From the NCBI GenBank assembly GCA_038246305.1, contig JBBRRP010000009.1, positions 1,076-65,075 on the forward strand: a DNA stretch of 64,000 nt, given 5' to 3'. The translations under genes and the position numbers were made by a program. Every line of letters starts with the position of its first letter. The first letter of the stretch is position 1. Source of the stretch: Polyangiales bacterium (GTDB lineage: Bacteria; Myxococcota_A; Polyangia; Polyangiales; Polyangiaceae). A model generated the notes under the pieces. The model was not told the origin of the DNA, did not search any database, and saw nothing but the letters and a program-made list of their open reading frames with translations. Shown in pieces: positions 37,949 through 48,214 of this stretch.

Positions 37949-38308
37949 ATGCGTGTAAAACGAGGACCTGGGCCCCGTCGTCGTCACAACCGAGTCTTCG
38001 AGCAAACCGAAGGCTTTTGGGGTGGTCGAAAAAACGTGTACCGCCAAGCGGTTCGTTGCCTCTTTAAGTCATGGCAATACGCTTACGTTGGAAGAAAGCT
38101 TCGCAAGCGCGATTTCCGTGAACTCTGGATTGTGCGCATCAACGCCGCTTGCCGGGAAAATGGCGTCAGCTATTCGAAGTTCATCGGCGGATTGAAGAAA
38201 GCTGGGATTGAAGTGGATCGGAAGATCTTGGCCGATCTTGCCGTGAACGATGTCCCGGCATTCAAAGAGCTCGCGCAATTGGCGCGCGCCGCTATTCAGC
38301 CTAATTGA
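37949..38308 (+). CDS. rplT: 50S ribosomal protein L20
   Basis: [34 protein letters not shown]..., 119 aa. Confidence 0.95.
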   Translation: MRVKRGPGPRRRHNRVFEQTEGFWGGRKNVYRQAVRCLFKSWQYAYVGRKLRKRDFRELWIVRINAACRENGVSYSKFIGGLKKAGIEVDRKILADLAVNDVPAFKELAQLARAAIQPN

Positions 38309-38318
38309 AGCCGAGCAA

Positions 38319-39401
38319 TTGGGCGTGTCGGATTCAGATGCGTCTCTAGCTACCGCCCTCGAGGAAACTCCTGGGCGCGCGGAGCGTTACTTCGCTGAGG
38401 CAGATTCCGAGCTCAATTTGCGCGCCGCGCGCGCGGAGTTCCTTGGGAAGAAGGGGCATCTCACGGCGCTCCTGCGCGGAATGGCTGCGGTCCCCGCCGA
38501 CCAACGCAAAGCTGTTGGGGAGCGTATCAATGTCGTCCGCGAGCAGGTCGAGGCAGCATTCGAGTCGCGATTGAAGAGCCTGCGTCTGGCCGAACGAAGC
38601 GCTACCCTTTCGGGGCGCCCAGAAGATCTCACGCTCCCTGCCCGGTTTGGAACGCCCAAAGGCCACCGGCATCCGATAGCTTCAGTGCGCGATGAGATCC
38701 TTGAGATCTTTTCGTCGCTTGGTTTCGAAATCGCCTGGGGACCACAGGTTGAACTCGAGACGAACAACTTTGAGAAGTTAGCGTTCCCACCCGATCATCC
38801 CGCAACCGACATGCAGGACAGCTTCTGGGTTCGCGTGGAAGGCGCGCCTGAGAATCAGCGGGTTCTCCTACGAACGCACACAAGCAACGTCCAAGTTCGA
38901 CAGATGAGTACGCGCACGCCACCGATGGCCGTGGTGAGCGGCGGCGCCGTGTACCGGCGTGATGATGACGTCACTCATTCACCTATGTTTCACCAAATCG
39001 AAGGCTTCCGCGTCGATCAACGCGTGAGCTTCGCAGAGCTGAAGGGCGTCCTAATTGAGTTTGCTCGACGCCTGTACGGCTCGAGTACCCAAGTGCGGTT
39101 CCGCCCGAGCTATTTTCCCTTCGTCGAGCCCGGTGCAGAGGTCGATGTTGGGTGCGTGTTCTGTAGCCCAACGGATGGGACACGCGCTGCGTGCCGAGTT
39201 TGCAAGGCCACGGGATGGCTTGAAATCCTTGGCTGCGGGATGATTCATCCCCAGGTTTTTACGGAGTGTGGCATCGACGCGGAGCGTTATACCGGGTTTG
39301 CTTTTGGGCTCGGAGTAGAGCGCGTCGCGATGCTGCGTTACGGCATCCCGGACATTCGGTTGCTGTTCGAGAACGATCCACGCTTCCTCGCGCAGTTCTA
39401 A
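38319..39401 (+). CDS. pheS: Phenylalanine--tRNA ligase alpha subunit
   Basis: Motifs: FLGKKGHLTALLRGM, HPATDMQDSFW, LRTHTSNVQVR, FRPSYFPFVEPGAEVDV and GFAFGLGVERVAM. The track ORF start at 38250 overlaps rplT. The real start is probably TTG 38319 or GTG 38325, so it is uncertain by a few codons. Confidence 0.9.
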   Translation: MGVSDSDASLATALEETPGRAERYFAEADSELNLRAARAEFLGKKGHLTALLRGMAAVPADQRKAVGERINVVREQVEAAFESRLKSLRLAERSATLSGRPEDLTLPARFGTPKGHRHPIASVRDEILEIFSSLGFEIAWGPQVELETNNFEKLAFPPDHPATDMQDSFWVRVEGAPENQRVLLRTHTSNVQVRQMSTRTPPMAVVSGGAVYRRDDDVTHSPMFHQIEGFRVDQRVSFAELKGVLIEFARRLYGSSTQVRFRPSYFPFVEPGAEVDVGCVFCSPTDGTRAACRVCKATGWLEILGCGMIHPQVFTECGIDAERYTGFAFGLGVERVAMLRYGIPDIRLLFENDPRFLAQF

Positions 39402-40107
39402 CCAGAAAGCGTTGAGCCTGACACTCGGGGGAACCACTCCCGCAGGGCCCTGACATATCGATCCGGGGCGTGTGCCAGCGTGCACAACATCGGCGGCTCC
39501 CGCCACGAGGAAAAGCCTATTGCGTATCTACGCCAACGGAGGGAGGCCTTGACGTTGTTCCAAACTGGACCGACGTTATCGTCTCAAGCTGGGCCAATTG
39601 GCTCAGCAAGCGCTCCCGCAACCGTTCTGGGATACGAGACCCCATCAGCGATGAAGGCAAGTTCCTCCGGCGGCGTTCACAATTGTGAAATCAGCCTGAG
39701 CCGGTACGGACATTGCAAGAAGTTCGGAACAGTCAAGCCGGGAACGCCTAAAACAGGTAAGATTTTTACCGCCAAACCCCATCCTTCGCATACACGCACA
39801 TCGTCATCCAGTCAACGCAGAGAAAACTCCAGGAATCATTTCGAGGATCCATACGTTAGCGCAGAAAAGCGCACACTGACGGAAGCTTAAAAAGCTAAGC
39901 CTATCGACCGGCCAGACCTAATGAATTTATTCAGCTGAGACGTTCTTATCCACTGAAAGCCAGTCAAAACCCATGTCACGACCAGCCAACGCCATCCGTT
40001 CCGAGTTTAATCCACGGTTCCTTGACGCCGGCAGGCAGCGCTCCCGCCAGCAAGGCTCGAGGCCAGATACGCTCCCCCCGCCAAGCGCTGAATGGACGGA
40101 GGCCCGC

Positions 40108-41361
40108 ATGTCGGATGCTCCCCCGCGCGGTCCAACAGCGGCTCGAATGGGTGCCGAAGATAGCATCGGTGGTTCGACGCTCTCGCTCTATTTCAGGGAG
40201 ATGGCTGCCCATCAAGTCATGGGAGCCGAGGAGGAGCTTCGGGCAGCTCAGGGAGTGGAAGAGGCAGAGGTCAATCACTGGGTGGCGCTCCTTTCGCATC
40301 CCCCCGTGGCGGAGTTCCAGCTTACCCAACTGGCGGACGATATAGCCCATGCGGCCGAGGAAGATCGTCCCGATCCTACGAGAATGCTCGCGCTCGCAGA
40401 GCTCTTGGAGAGCTTCCGAAAGCAACGCGGAAAGTTCACCCCTGAGCAGTCCGCACTGTGGACGCAAACTACGACCGATTTCGCGCGGGCTATTCGTCTG
40501 GCAGATTCGGACCGACTGTGGATGGCAAACGCCTACCGCATCGCACGTGAGATCGTGAAGCCCCCTCATCCCGACGAAGCGGCTCGCGAGGTGCTTGCGG
40601 AAACTTCGGGCTATCAACGTTTCTTGGTCGCCATAACGGCCACCAATCTTCGGCAACAGCAGGCGAAGAATCGCTTTGTCAGAGCCAATCTGCGTTTGGT
40701 AGTGAGTATTGCGCGGCGTTACAACCGCGGCCGCTTGCCGCTGATTGACCTCATTCAGGAAGGCAACATCGGGCTCATGAAGGCAGTTGAGCGCTTCGAT
40801 CACGCTCGCGGGTATCGCTTCTCAACCTACGCATCTTGGTGGATTCGTCACGCTATCAGCCGGGCTCTTGCGGATAAGGGTCGCGCCGTTCGCATACCAG
40901 TGCACATGTTGGATACTTACAACCGAGTATCTCGCGCCACCCAAACGATCATCGCTCGCACCGGACACGAGCCCTCTATCGAGGAACTCGAAAAAGAAAC
41001 AGGTGTCCCTCGAGACAAGCTCGACAAGGTGAAAGACTTGTACGCGGAAACGCCGTTTTCGTTGGACCGACCCGTGGGCGACGAAGATGGGAGGCGGTTT
41101 ATCGACTTCCTTGTCGAAGAGAACGCACTCTCGCCTTACGACGCACTTGCGGGGCAGAAATGGTCCGATGAAGTTCGGCGTCTGTTGGAGACTCTGACCC
41201 CCATCGAATCGCGGATCATTCGTTGGAGATTTGGCCTCGACAACGAAGATGAGCTCACGCTCAAAGAAATCGGCGACAAGTACAACTTGTCCCGAGAACG
41301 GATCCGGCAGCTCCAAGAGCAAGCGATCGGCAAGATCCGCAAGCAGATGCGCGACTTTTAG
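40108..41361 (+). CDS. RpoD-family (group-2-like) sigma-70 factor
   Basis: Region 2 reads [61 protein letters not shown]. Region 4 reads [32 protein letters not shown] 40108 has GGAGG 6 nt upstream. At about 417 aa it is too short for a primary myxobacterial SigA (inference). Confidence 0.88.
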   Translation: MSDAPPRGPTAARMGAEDSIGGSTLSLYFREMAAHQVMGAEEELRAAQGVEEAEVNHWVALLSHPPVAEFQLTQLADDIAHAAEEDRPDPTRMLALAELLESFRKQRGKFTPEQSALWTQTTTDFARAIRLADSDRLWMANAYRIAREIVKPPHPDEAAREVLAETSGYQRFLVAITATNLRQQQAKNRFVRANLRLVVSIARRYNRGRLPLIDLIQEGNIGLMKAVERFDHARGYRFSTYASWWIRHAISRALADKGRAVRIPVHMLDTYNRVSRATQTIIARTGHEPSIEELEKETGVPRDKLDKVKDLYAETPFSLDRPVGDEDGRRFIDFLVEENALSPYDALAGQKWSDEVRRLLETLTPIESRIIRWRFGLDNEDELTLKEIGDKYNLSRERIRQLQEQAIGKIRKQMRDF

Positions 41362-41414
41362 TCTGTCGATAACCACCGGGCACCGCCCGGCTTGTTTCGA
41401 GGTGCCCACCAACA

Positions 41415-41450
41415 GGACCTCCGCCCCGGTGGCGGGGGTCTTCTGGTTTT
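41415..41450 (+). terminator. Rho-independent-type terminator after the sigma factor gene
   Basis: A stem of about 10-11 bp (GGACCTCCGCC / GGCGGGGGTCT, with one G-U pair) has a 5-nt loop and is followed by TTCTGGTTTT. Confidence 0.5.
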
Positions 41451-41601
41451 GTGAGGATCCGATGAAATGTATGTGCTGGCCGGATAGCCGACTGCTGCTC
41501 GAGGCATGAGCAACGCGGCTTCACTTTCCCGCAAATTCTCCAGGCGAATCCAGGAATCGCTGGGGCTTTACTGTTTGCGCAGTAATTTCCATTTACATTT
41601 G

Positions 41602-41647
41602 TCGCGCGCGATCCAATAAGGCGCGCGAACGACGCGCCTTTGCGTCG
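41602..41647 (+). other. Two adjacent GC-rich hairpins in the act upstream region
   Basis: Hairpin 1 is TCGCGCGC-(11 nt)-GCGCGCGA at 41602-41628. Hairpin 2 is CGACGC-(6 nt)-GCGTCG at 41630-41647. Both stems are perfect. Confidence 0.5.
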
Positions 41648-41784
41648 CTGATTTCGGCTGCAATCCTCTAATAGCTCCTCTGTGCCGTCTCGCCCCCACG
41701 TTAGGGCTCGGCCAAGGTCCGCCCGACGAAGGGCCTTGATAATCGCCTTGGACACCAGCTTCAAACTCCAGCTGGAACTCTACA

Positions 41785-41806
41785 CACCTAGCCTGCACCT
41801 AGCCTG
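41785..41806 (+). repeat. Tandem 11-mer CACCTAGCCTG x2
   Basis: Read directly, about 40 bp upstream of actA. Confidence 0.9.
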
Positions 41807-41845
41807 CCGCGACGGAGCGGCCCCTCACCTTTGAGCATAACCACG

Positions 41846-42496
41846 ATGAAGCTGTTTGTGTTCCCTCGTTGGGCCAATAAAACCCGCCAACTTGCCGGGG
41901 TATTTCTCGGGGTGACGCCGGTCTACCTGACAGCTCTGATTTGGTACGGAGCTTCGCCGAAGACAACGGACGTGGGTTATCAGCCCAAGCAGCCAGTGCC
42001 TTACAGCCACGCGCTCCACGCGGGCGAGCTCGGGCTCGACTGCCGTTACTGCCACACCACCGTGGAGGTGACGGGGCACGCGGCAATTCCGCCCACCGAA
42101 ACCTGCATGAACTGCCACAAGGTGGTCCACCCAACGAGCCCGAAGCTCCTTCCGATCCGCGAGAGCTACGCGACCAACACCGCCGTACCTTGGGTGAAAG
42201 TCCACGACCTGCCGGACTACGCTTACTTCAATCACAGCGCGCACGTGACACGCGGGATTGGCTGTGTTTCGTGCCACGGCCGCGTGGACCAGATGGAAGA
42301 AGTTTACCAGCATGAGCCACTCAGCATGGGCTGGTGCCTCGACTGCCATCGAGCTCCCGAGCAGCACCTGCGCCCGGTGAGTGAAGTCACCAACATGAGC
42401 TGGAAGCCACCCGAGGATCAGCTCACCTACGGCAAGCGACTCCGCGAGGAAAACAACATCGCACCTCCACAGGACTGCTCGACATGTCATCGATAA
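41846..42496 (+). CDS. actA: Alternative complex III subunit ActA (pentaheme cytochrome c)
   Basis: Five CxxCH motifs (CRYCH, CMNCH, CVSCH, CLDCH, CSTCH) and an N-terminal TM helix. I chose ATG 41846; the track lists TTG 41831. Confidence 0.85.
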   Translation: MKLFVFPRWANKTRQLAGVFLGVTPVYLTALIWYGASPKTTDVGYQPKQPVPYSHALHAGELGLDCRYCHTTVEVTGHAAIPPTETCMNCHKVVHPTSPKLLPIRESYATNTAVPWVKVHDLPDYAYFNHSAHVTRGIGCVSCHGRVDQMEEVYQHEPLSMGWCLDCHRAPEQHLRPVSEVTNMSWKPPEDQLTYGKRLREENNIAPPQDCSTCHR

Positions 42497-45400
42497 ACGC
42501 AAAGCACCCAAAGCCAACCTACTGGCGGAGCCTTGCCGAGCTCGACCAAGATCCGAAGTTCCAGCAAATGCTGGAGACTGAATTTCCCGAACCGCTCGAC
42601 GGCCGTGAGATGGCGCCCGGCACACCTGCTCGCCGCAGGTTTCTCCAGATCATGGGCGCATCTTTCGCGCTGGGCGGCTGCCGTTTCAAAGAAGATAAGC
42701 TGCTGCCTTTTTCGCGCCGTCCTGAAGGTGTGATCCCGGGGGAGCCCCGCAGATTTGCCACGGCCATGGAGTTCGGAGGAGTCGCGACCGGACTCGTCGT
42801 CACGAGTTACGACGGTCGTCCCGTCAAAGTGGAGGGCAGCCCGCTCCACCCCACGAGCGGAGGAGGTGCCAGTGCATTGCATCAAGCTCTCGTGCTCGGC
42901 CTTTACGATCCAGACCGAAGCGAAGGCATCAGCCGCTCGCAAGGCCAAGTGCGCGTTGCTGCGACGCCTGCGCAATTTGAAGAGTTTGTGGCGACCGAGC
43001 GGCCCAACTGGCAGAGCCGTGGCAGCTCGGTTCGAGTGCTGAGTTCGCTCAGTTCTTCGCCGAGCCTCGCGGGCATGAAGCAACGCTTCCTCACGGCGTT
43101 CGCAGGAGCCAAATGGATCGATTACGCGGCCGTTGAGACCGATAACCTGGAGGCCGGCACGACGCTTTGCTTCGGCAAGCCGCATCGAGCGGTTTACAAC
43201 CTTGAAAACGCTCGCATTGTTCTGAGCGTTCATTCAGACGTCGCAAGCTCTACCGATCCCGCGGGTGTCGTAGCTGGGCGCGGCTTGGCTCGCGGTCGAG
43301 TGCCCGAGGGCCAGCCCATGAGCCGCGTGTATGCGGTAGAAAGCTCGTTGAGCTTGATCGGCGGCATCGCCGATCACCGCCTTTCAATGAGTGCCGGATC
43401 GGCCAAGGCGTTTTTGGCCGCTTTAGATGCCGAATTGAGCAGCAAGCTTGGCGACGCGGGCAAGGGAGCCCAGCCGAAGCCTGCAGCTAAGTTTCTGACA
43501 GAGCCGTCCATCGCGAAGTTCATCGCCGCGCTCACTCAGGATCTTCTCGCCAACCGCGGAGCCGCGGTCATCCTCGTCGGTAGCCAGCTGCCGCCTGAGG
43601 CTCAGGCTCTGGCGCAGCGACTGAACGTGTTGTTGGATGGCGTTGGAAGGACGGTCACCTACCACGAAGTGCCAGTGAGTGAACGCCGAAAGGACGCGTT
43701 GCAAGCACTCGTCCAGGACATGCAAGCAGGTAGCGTTGAGACGCTACTGGTGCTCGGGGAGAACCCAGTGCTCACCGCGCCTGCCGATCTCGGGTTTGCC
43801 GGTGCGCTTGCCAAGGTGAAGACCAGTATCTCGCTCACCGAGTTCGAAGACGAAACGGCCCTCTTGAGTTCGTGGCATGTACCGCTCGCTCACCCGTTGG
43901 AGGCGTGGGGGGATAGCCTCGCGCACGATGGCACGATCACGCTGGCGCAGCCGCTGATTGCTCCCATCTTTGGTGGGCGGTCGGCTCTCGAGCTATTAGC
44001 CTTGCTCACCAACGATTCGAAACGAGACGGCCTCGAAATTGTGCGCCGCACGCATGCGGGCTCACTGCCCAACCAAAAAGCTTGGGACCGTGCGGTGCAT
44101 GACGGCTTCGTTTCCGGCACGCTGGCTGCCCCAGCTAGTGTCGCCGTTGGAGTGCTGCCAACATTTGCCCTCGCCGAGAGCGAACTCCGAAACGGTGAAG
44201 CCAGCAACGGTAAGTTGGAGATTGTTCTCGCGCCGGATTCGAAGGTCTACGACGGCCGTTTTGGCAATAGCTCCTGGCTCCAAGAACTCCCCGAGCCGCT
44301 TTCCAAGCAAACCTGGGGAAATTCGGTGTGGCTGAGCCCGGCCACGGGGACGGCACTTGGCATCGCCGATGCCGATCTCGTCAAGGTGTCTGCAGCCGGC
44401 AGGGAGCTAACGCTGCCAGCCCTTCACATGCCTGGCCAAGCGGAAGGTTCACTCCGAATCGCCCTCGGTTACGGACGGTACGCCGCGGGGCATGTGGGTG
44501 GCCTCGCTAAGGCCAACGTTGAGCCCGTGGGGGCCAATGCTTACGTGCTCAGCACGGTCGGCGCACCCTTTCTCCTGTCCGACGCCAGCATCACGCGCGT
44601 CGATGGGCGACAACCCATCGCGTCTGTCCAAGATTTGCACGCGATCGATGCGGTGGGGCAAGCCGGAATTGATGAACGCCGCGGGCTGCTGCTTGCGGAA
44701 GCGAACCTCGAAGAATTCCAGAAAGAACCCGACTTCGCCAAACACCTGGTTGAGCACCCACCCCTCGAAAGCATGTGGAACGACCCCGTGTCGTACGAAG
44801 GTCACAAGTGGGGGATGGCGATCGATCTCAACAAGTGCACCGGATGCAGCGCCTGCATTACCGCTTGTCAGGCCGAGAACAACATCCCGGTTGTCGGTAA
44901 AGAAAGCGTGCTCATGGGACGCGAAATGCTCTGGTTGCGTGTGGATCGGTACTTCAGCGGTTCCCCGGAAAATCCGAAGATGAGCTTTCAGCCCGTCCCG
45001 TGCCAGCAATGTGAAAACGCTCCGTGCGAGCAGGTTTGCCCGGTGGGTGCCACGATGCACAGCCACGAAGGCCTGAATGACATGGTCTACAACCGTTGCA
45101 TCGGGACTCGTTATTGCTCCGCCAACTGCCCGTACAAAGTTCGGCGCTTCAACTATCTGAACTTCCATCTGGATAAGGTTGAGGCAACACCCTTCCAAAC
45201 GGTGACGGACAAGAAAAAGCTTCTCATGCACATGGTCTTCAATCCTGAGGTCACGGTTCGCGCTCGCGGCGTGATGGAGACGTGCACCTTTTGCGTCCAG
45301 CGCATCCAGAACGTGAAGATCAAAGCTAAGAACGTGAAGCGCTCGATTGCGGATGGCGAAATCAAGACAGCCTGCCAACAGACCTGCCCTGCCAGCGCGA

Positions 45401-45549
45401 TCACTTTTGGTGACCTCAATGATCCTACCAGCCTCGTCGCGAAGGATCACGCATTGCCGCGCGCCTACAGCATCCTCGAAGAACTGAACAATCGACCGCG
45501 CGTGCGCTACCTTGCCCGCATTCGTAACCCCCATCCGGAGCTTGGTTGA
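42484..45549 (+). CDS. actB: Alternative complex III subunit ActB (molybdopterin-oxidoreductase-like + 4Fe-4S domain fusion)
   Basis: 1021 aa. The Tat motif is RRRFLQIMGASFALGG. Fe-S motifs: CTGCSACITAC, CQQCENAPCEQVCPVGA, CIGTRYCSANCPYKVRRF and CQQTCPASAITFG. Confidence 0.9.
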   Translation: MSSINAKHPKPTYWRSLAELDQDPKFQQMLETEFPEPLDGREMAPGTPARRRFLQIMGASFALGGCRFKEDKLLPFSRRPEGVIPGEPRRFATAMEFGGVATGLVVTSYDGRPVKVEGSPLHPTSGGGASALHQALVLGLYDPDRSEGISRSQGQVRVAATPAQFEEFVATERPNWQSRGSSVRVLSSLSSSPSLAGMKQRFLTAFAGAKWIDYAAVETDNLEAGTTLCFGKPHRAVYNLENARIVLSVHSDVASSTDPAGVVAGRGLARGRVPEGQPMSRVYAVESSLSLIGGIADHRLSMSAGSAKAFLAALDAELSSKLGDAGKGAQPKPAAKFLTEPSIAKFIAALTQDLLANRGAAVILVGSQLPPEAQALAQRLNVLLDGVGRTVTYHEVPVSERRKDALQALVQDMQAGSVETLLVLGENPVLTAPADLGFAGALAKVKTSISLTEFEDETALLSSWHVPLAHPLEAWGDSLAHDGTITLAQPLIAPIFGGRSALELLALLTNDSKRDGLEIVRRTHAGSLPNQKAWDRAVHDGFVSGTLAAPASVAVGVLPTFALAESELRNGEASNGKLEIVLAPDSKVYDGRFGNSSWLQELPEPLSKQTWGNSVWLSPATGTALGIADADLVKVSAAGRELTLPALHMPGQAEGSLRIALGYGRYAAGHVGGLAKANVEPVGANAYVLSTVGAPFLLSDASITRVDGRQPIASVQDLHAIDAVGQAGIDERRGLLLAEANLEEFQKEPDFAKHLVEHPPLESMWNDPVSYEGHKWGMAIDLNKCTGCSACITACQAENNIPVVGKESVLMGREMLWLRVDRYFSGSPENPKMSFQPVPCQQCENAPCEQVCPVGATMHSHEGLNDMVYNRCIGTRYCSANCPYKVRRFNYLNFHLDKVEATPFQTVTDKKKLLMHMVFNPEVTVRARGVMETCTFCVQRIQNVKIKAKNVKRSIADGEIKTACQQTCPASAITFGDLNDPTSLVAKDHALPRAYSILEELNNRPRVRYLARIRNPHPELG

Positions 45550-45552
45550 GCC

Positions 45553-46965
45553 ATGGCAACTCTTTGGAGTGACACCAATCCGTACATCGGAGCGCCCAAG
45601 GGTGACACGGATTTCGCACGCATTACGGACAATGTCGCGCGCGTGGCTGAAGCCTCGAAGCCGCCTGTTGGTTGGTACATCGCGTTTGGTATTGCGCTCA
45701 CCATGCTCACGGGCTTCGGTGCGAGTCTCGGGTGGGTCGCGTGGACGGGTATTGGCGCTTGGGGCAACATGCACCCGGTTGCTTGGGGTTTTCCGATCGT
45801 CAACTTTGTTTTCTGGGTTGGCATTGGTCACGCTGGCACGCTGATCAGCGCCATTCTGTTTCTGCTCCGACAGACCTGGCGCACAGCCATCAATCGCTTC
45901 GCCGAAGCCATGACGATCTTCGCGGTGATCTGCGCCGGCGTCTTTCCGGGTGTGCACATCGGTCGCCCCTGGATGCCGTACTACATGTTCCCAATTCCGA
46001 ATCAGATGAACATGTGGCCGCAGTTTAGGAGCCCACTGGAGTGGGACATTTTTGCGGTCGGCACTTATTTCACGATCTCATTGTTGTTCTGGTTCATGGG
46101 AATGATCCCGGATTTTGCGACCCTCAGGGATCGCGCCACGACAACACCTCGGCGCCTGATCTACGGCCTCGTCGCGATGGGCTGGCGAGGCTCGTCGCGC
46201 CAGTGGCATCGCTATGAGCGTGCGTACCTCCTGCTCGCGGCGCTGGCCACTCCCCTCGTTCTCAGCGTGCACTCCGTGGTGAGTTTTGACTTCGTCACGT
46301 CACAAGCGCCAGGCTGGCACACTACGATTTTCCCGCCGTACTTCGTCGCTGGTGCCATTTTCGGCGGCTTCGCGATGGTGGTCACTCTAGCCGTACCGGC
46401 TCGCCAGTTCTTCGGATTGAAGCGCTTGATCGAAATCCGTCACCTAGAGTTGATGAACAAGGTGATTCTCGCGACGGGGATGATGGTCGGCTATGCCTAC
46501 GGGATGGAGTTCTTCATTGCCTGGTACTCGGGCAATCCGTATGAGGTCTTCGTTTTCGTCAATCGAGCCTTCGGCCCCTACGCTTGGGCCTATTGGACGA
46601 TGATCACGTGCAACGTGCTGATCCCCCAGCTCCACTGGTTCCTCAAAGTGCGCACCAATGTTTGGTGCACTCTGGCCATCGGAGTCGTGATCAACGTCGG
46701 CATGTGGTTCGAGCGATTTGTGATTATATGCACCTCCATGTCGCGTGATTACATGCCTGCGAACTGGGGTTATTTCGTACCCTCCAAGATCGATTTCCTG
46801 ACGCTCGGCGGTAGCTTTGGGCTGTTTTTTACGCTCTTTCTGCTCTTCTGTCGCTTCCTCCCCATGGTGGCAATCTCAGAGATCAAGGGCGCACATCGCG
46901 ATGCCCATGCCGGCCACGGCGGCCATGCCGGCCACGATCACTCTCACGCGCTCGAGACAGCTTGA
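45553..46965 (+). CDS. actC: Alternative complex III subunit ActC (NrfD/PsrC-like quinol-interacting membrane subunit)
   Basis: 470 aa, about 10 TM helices, immediately downstream of actB. Confidence 0.88.
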   Translation: MATLWSDTNPYIGAPKGDTDFARITDNVARVAEASKPPVGWYIAFGIALTMLTGFGASLGWVAWTGIGAWGNMHPVAWGFPIVNFVFWVGIGHAGTLISAILFLLRQTWRTAINRFAEAMTIFAVICAGVFPGVHIGRPWMPYYMFPIPNQMNMWPQFRSPLEWDIFAVGTYFTISLLFWFMGMIPDFATLRDRATTTPRRLIYGLVAMGWRGSSRQWHRYERAYLLLAALATPLVLSVHSVVSFDFVTSQAPGWHTTIFPPYFVAGAIFGGFAMVVTLAVPARQFFGLKRLIEIRHLELMNKVILATGMMVGYAYGMEFFIAWYSGNPYEVFVFVNRAFGPYAWAYWTMITCNVLIPQLHWFLKVRTNVWCTLAIGVVINVGMWFERFVIICTSMSRDYMPANWGYFVPSKIDFLTLGGSFGLFFTLFLLFCRFLPMVAISEIKGAHRDAHAGHGGHAGHDHSHALETA

Positions 46966-46975
46966 GGAGCCTCAA

Positions 46976-48208
46976 ATGAGCGAGATGCACCACAAGAAGC
47001 CAGAATCCCAGGAAGACGCACCGTTGTTCGGCCTTTTGGCTGAGTACAGCACACCCGGTGAGCTCATCCTTGCCTCCCGAAAGGTTCGTGACGCCGGCTA
47101 CACACGCTGGGACACCTTCACGCCTTTCCCGGTTCACGGCATCGATAACGCGATGGGGATCAAGATGACTCGCCTCCCCTGGCTCGTGCTCGGGGCGGCA
47201 CTCACAGGCCTGAGCCTGGCAGTCTGGCTCCAGTGGTGGACGAACGCCGTCGATTACCCTTGGATCATCAGCGGTAAACCTTTCTGGAGCGTGCCCGCGA
47301 ACGTTCCGATCATGTTTGAGTTGACGGTGCTTTTCGCCGGCATCACGGCGATGGTGGGAATGCTCGTCATGAACGGGCTGCCGCAGCCGGCACACCCGCT
47401 AGACCTCAGCCGTCGCTTTGCACGCGCCACGGACGACAAGTTCTTTCTTTTGGTCGAAGCACGTGATCCCCGGTTTGATGAGCAATCAACGCGCAGCCTC
47501 CTTGAAAAATCGCACCCCGCCGCGCTCGAAGACGTACCCGAAGATCGCACGACTAGCGCGCAGATCCCAACAGGCTTGATCTACGGTCTGATCGTGCTCA
47601 CGGCTGTTGCTGTAGTCCCGTTTGCGCTCTTCGCCAAGGCCCGTGTAACCAAGAGCCGGAACACTCGAATCCACGCCATAGCGGACATGGATTCGCAACC
47701 CAAGTTCAAAGCGCAACGCGAAAACTTGGTGTTCGCTGACGGCCGCTCCATGCGTGAGCCCGTCGCTGGAACCGTCGCACAAGGACAGCTGCGGGATGAC
47801 GACGCACTCTACCTTGGCAAAGTCAACGGGGCCTGGGTGCGCACCTTCCCAAGCCAAGTGACGCCGTCGGCAGAACTCATGGATCGCGGCGAACAGCGCT
47901 TCGGGATCTATTGCACGCCGTGCCACGGCCAAAGCGGAGAAGGCAATGGGATGGTCCACCTTCGCGCGAGCAAGCTGGGCCAGGGTTGGGTTCCGCCTTC
48001 GAATATTCATCAACAATATATTCGTGAGCAGCCCGTGGGGCAGCTTTTCAACACTATCACCCACGGCATCCGCAGCATGCCGGCGTACGGGCCACAGATC
48101 CCCGTCGAAGATCGCTGGGCAATCATTCTCTATGTACGCGCTCTGCAGAAGAGCCGAGCTGCCAACCTCGGTGAGCTCACCGCCGAGCAACGTCAGAACC
48201 TGAAGTAG
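46976..48208 (+). CDS. ActD (DUF3341) - ActE (monoheme cytochrome c) fusion protein
   Basis: The N-terminal half reads LFGLLAEYSTPGELILASRKVRDAGYTRWDTFTPFPVHGI plus 2 TM helices (ActD-like). The C-terminal half has a TM helix plus CTPCHGQSGEGNG...IRSMPAYG (ActE-like). It is a single ORF with no internal stop. I chose ATG 46976; track start 46817 overlaps actC. Confidence 0.8.
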   Translation: MSEMHHKKPESQEDAPLFGLLAEYSTPGELILASRKVRDAGYTRWDTFTPFPVHGIDNAMGIKMTRLPWLVLGAALTGLSLAVWLQWWTNAVDYPWIISGKPFWSVPANVPIMFELTVLFAGITAMVGMLVMNGLPQPAHPLDLSRRFARATDDKFFLLVEARDPRFDEQSTRSLLEKSHPAALEDVPEDRTTSAQIPTGLIYGLIVLTAVAVVPFALFAKARVTKSRNTRIHAIADMDSQPKFKAQRENLVFADGRSMREPVAGTVAQGQLRDDDALYLGKVNGAWVRTFPSQVTPSAELMDRGEQRFGIYCTPCHGQSGEGNGMVHLRASKLGQGWVPPSNIHQQYIREQPVGQLFNTITHGIRSMPAYGPQIPVEDRWAIILYVRALQKSRAANLGELTAEQRQNLK

Positions 48209-48214
48209 ACGAAC

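Noticed and set aside
39480-39890. 136-aa ORF in the pheS-sigma gap, part of a 163-codon open frame continuous with pheS after its TAA
   Set aside because: It shows no recognisable similarity, has a low-complexity Ser/Thr/Gly/Lys composition, and lacks an RBS. I did not call it as a gene, and I see no signal supporting stop-codon readthrough. The region is reported only as a finding.
41261-41764. 167-aa minus-strand ORF (and 41568..41798, 76 aa) in the sigma-act intergenic region
   Set aside because: It overlaps the sigma factor 3' end and the terminator hairpin. It has no motifs or RBS, and its composition is atypical. The region looks regulatory rather than coding.
41825-42625. 266-aa minus-strand ORF
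   Set aside because: It is antisense to actA, whose five CxxCH motifs make the plus-strand frame certain.
44449-45957. 502-aa ORF on the minus strand, the longest unannotated ORF in the track
   Set aside because: It is entirely antisense to actB/actC, which have unmistakable Fe-S and NrfD-like motifs. Its sequence is Arg/Gly/His-rich with no motifs, a typical shadow ORF of GC-rich coding DNA.
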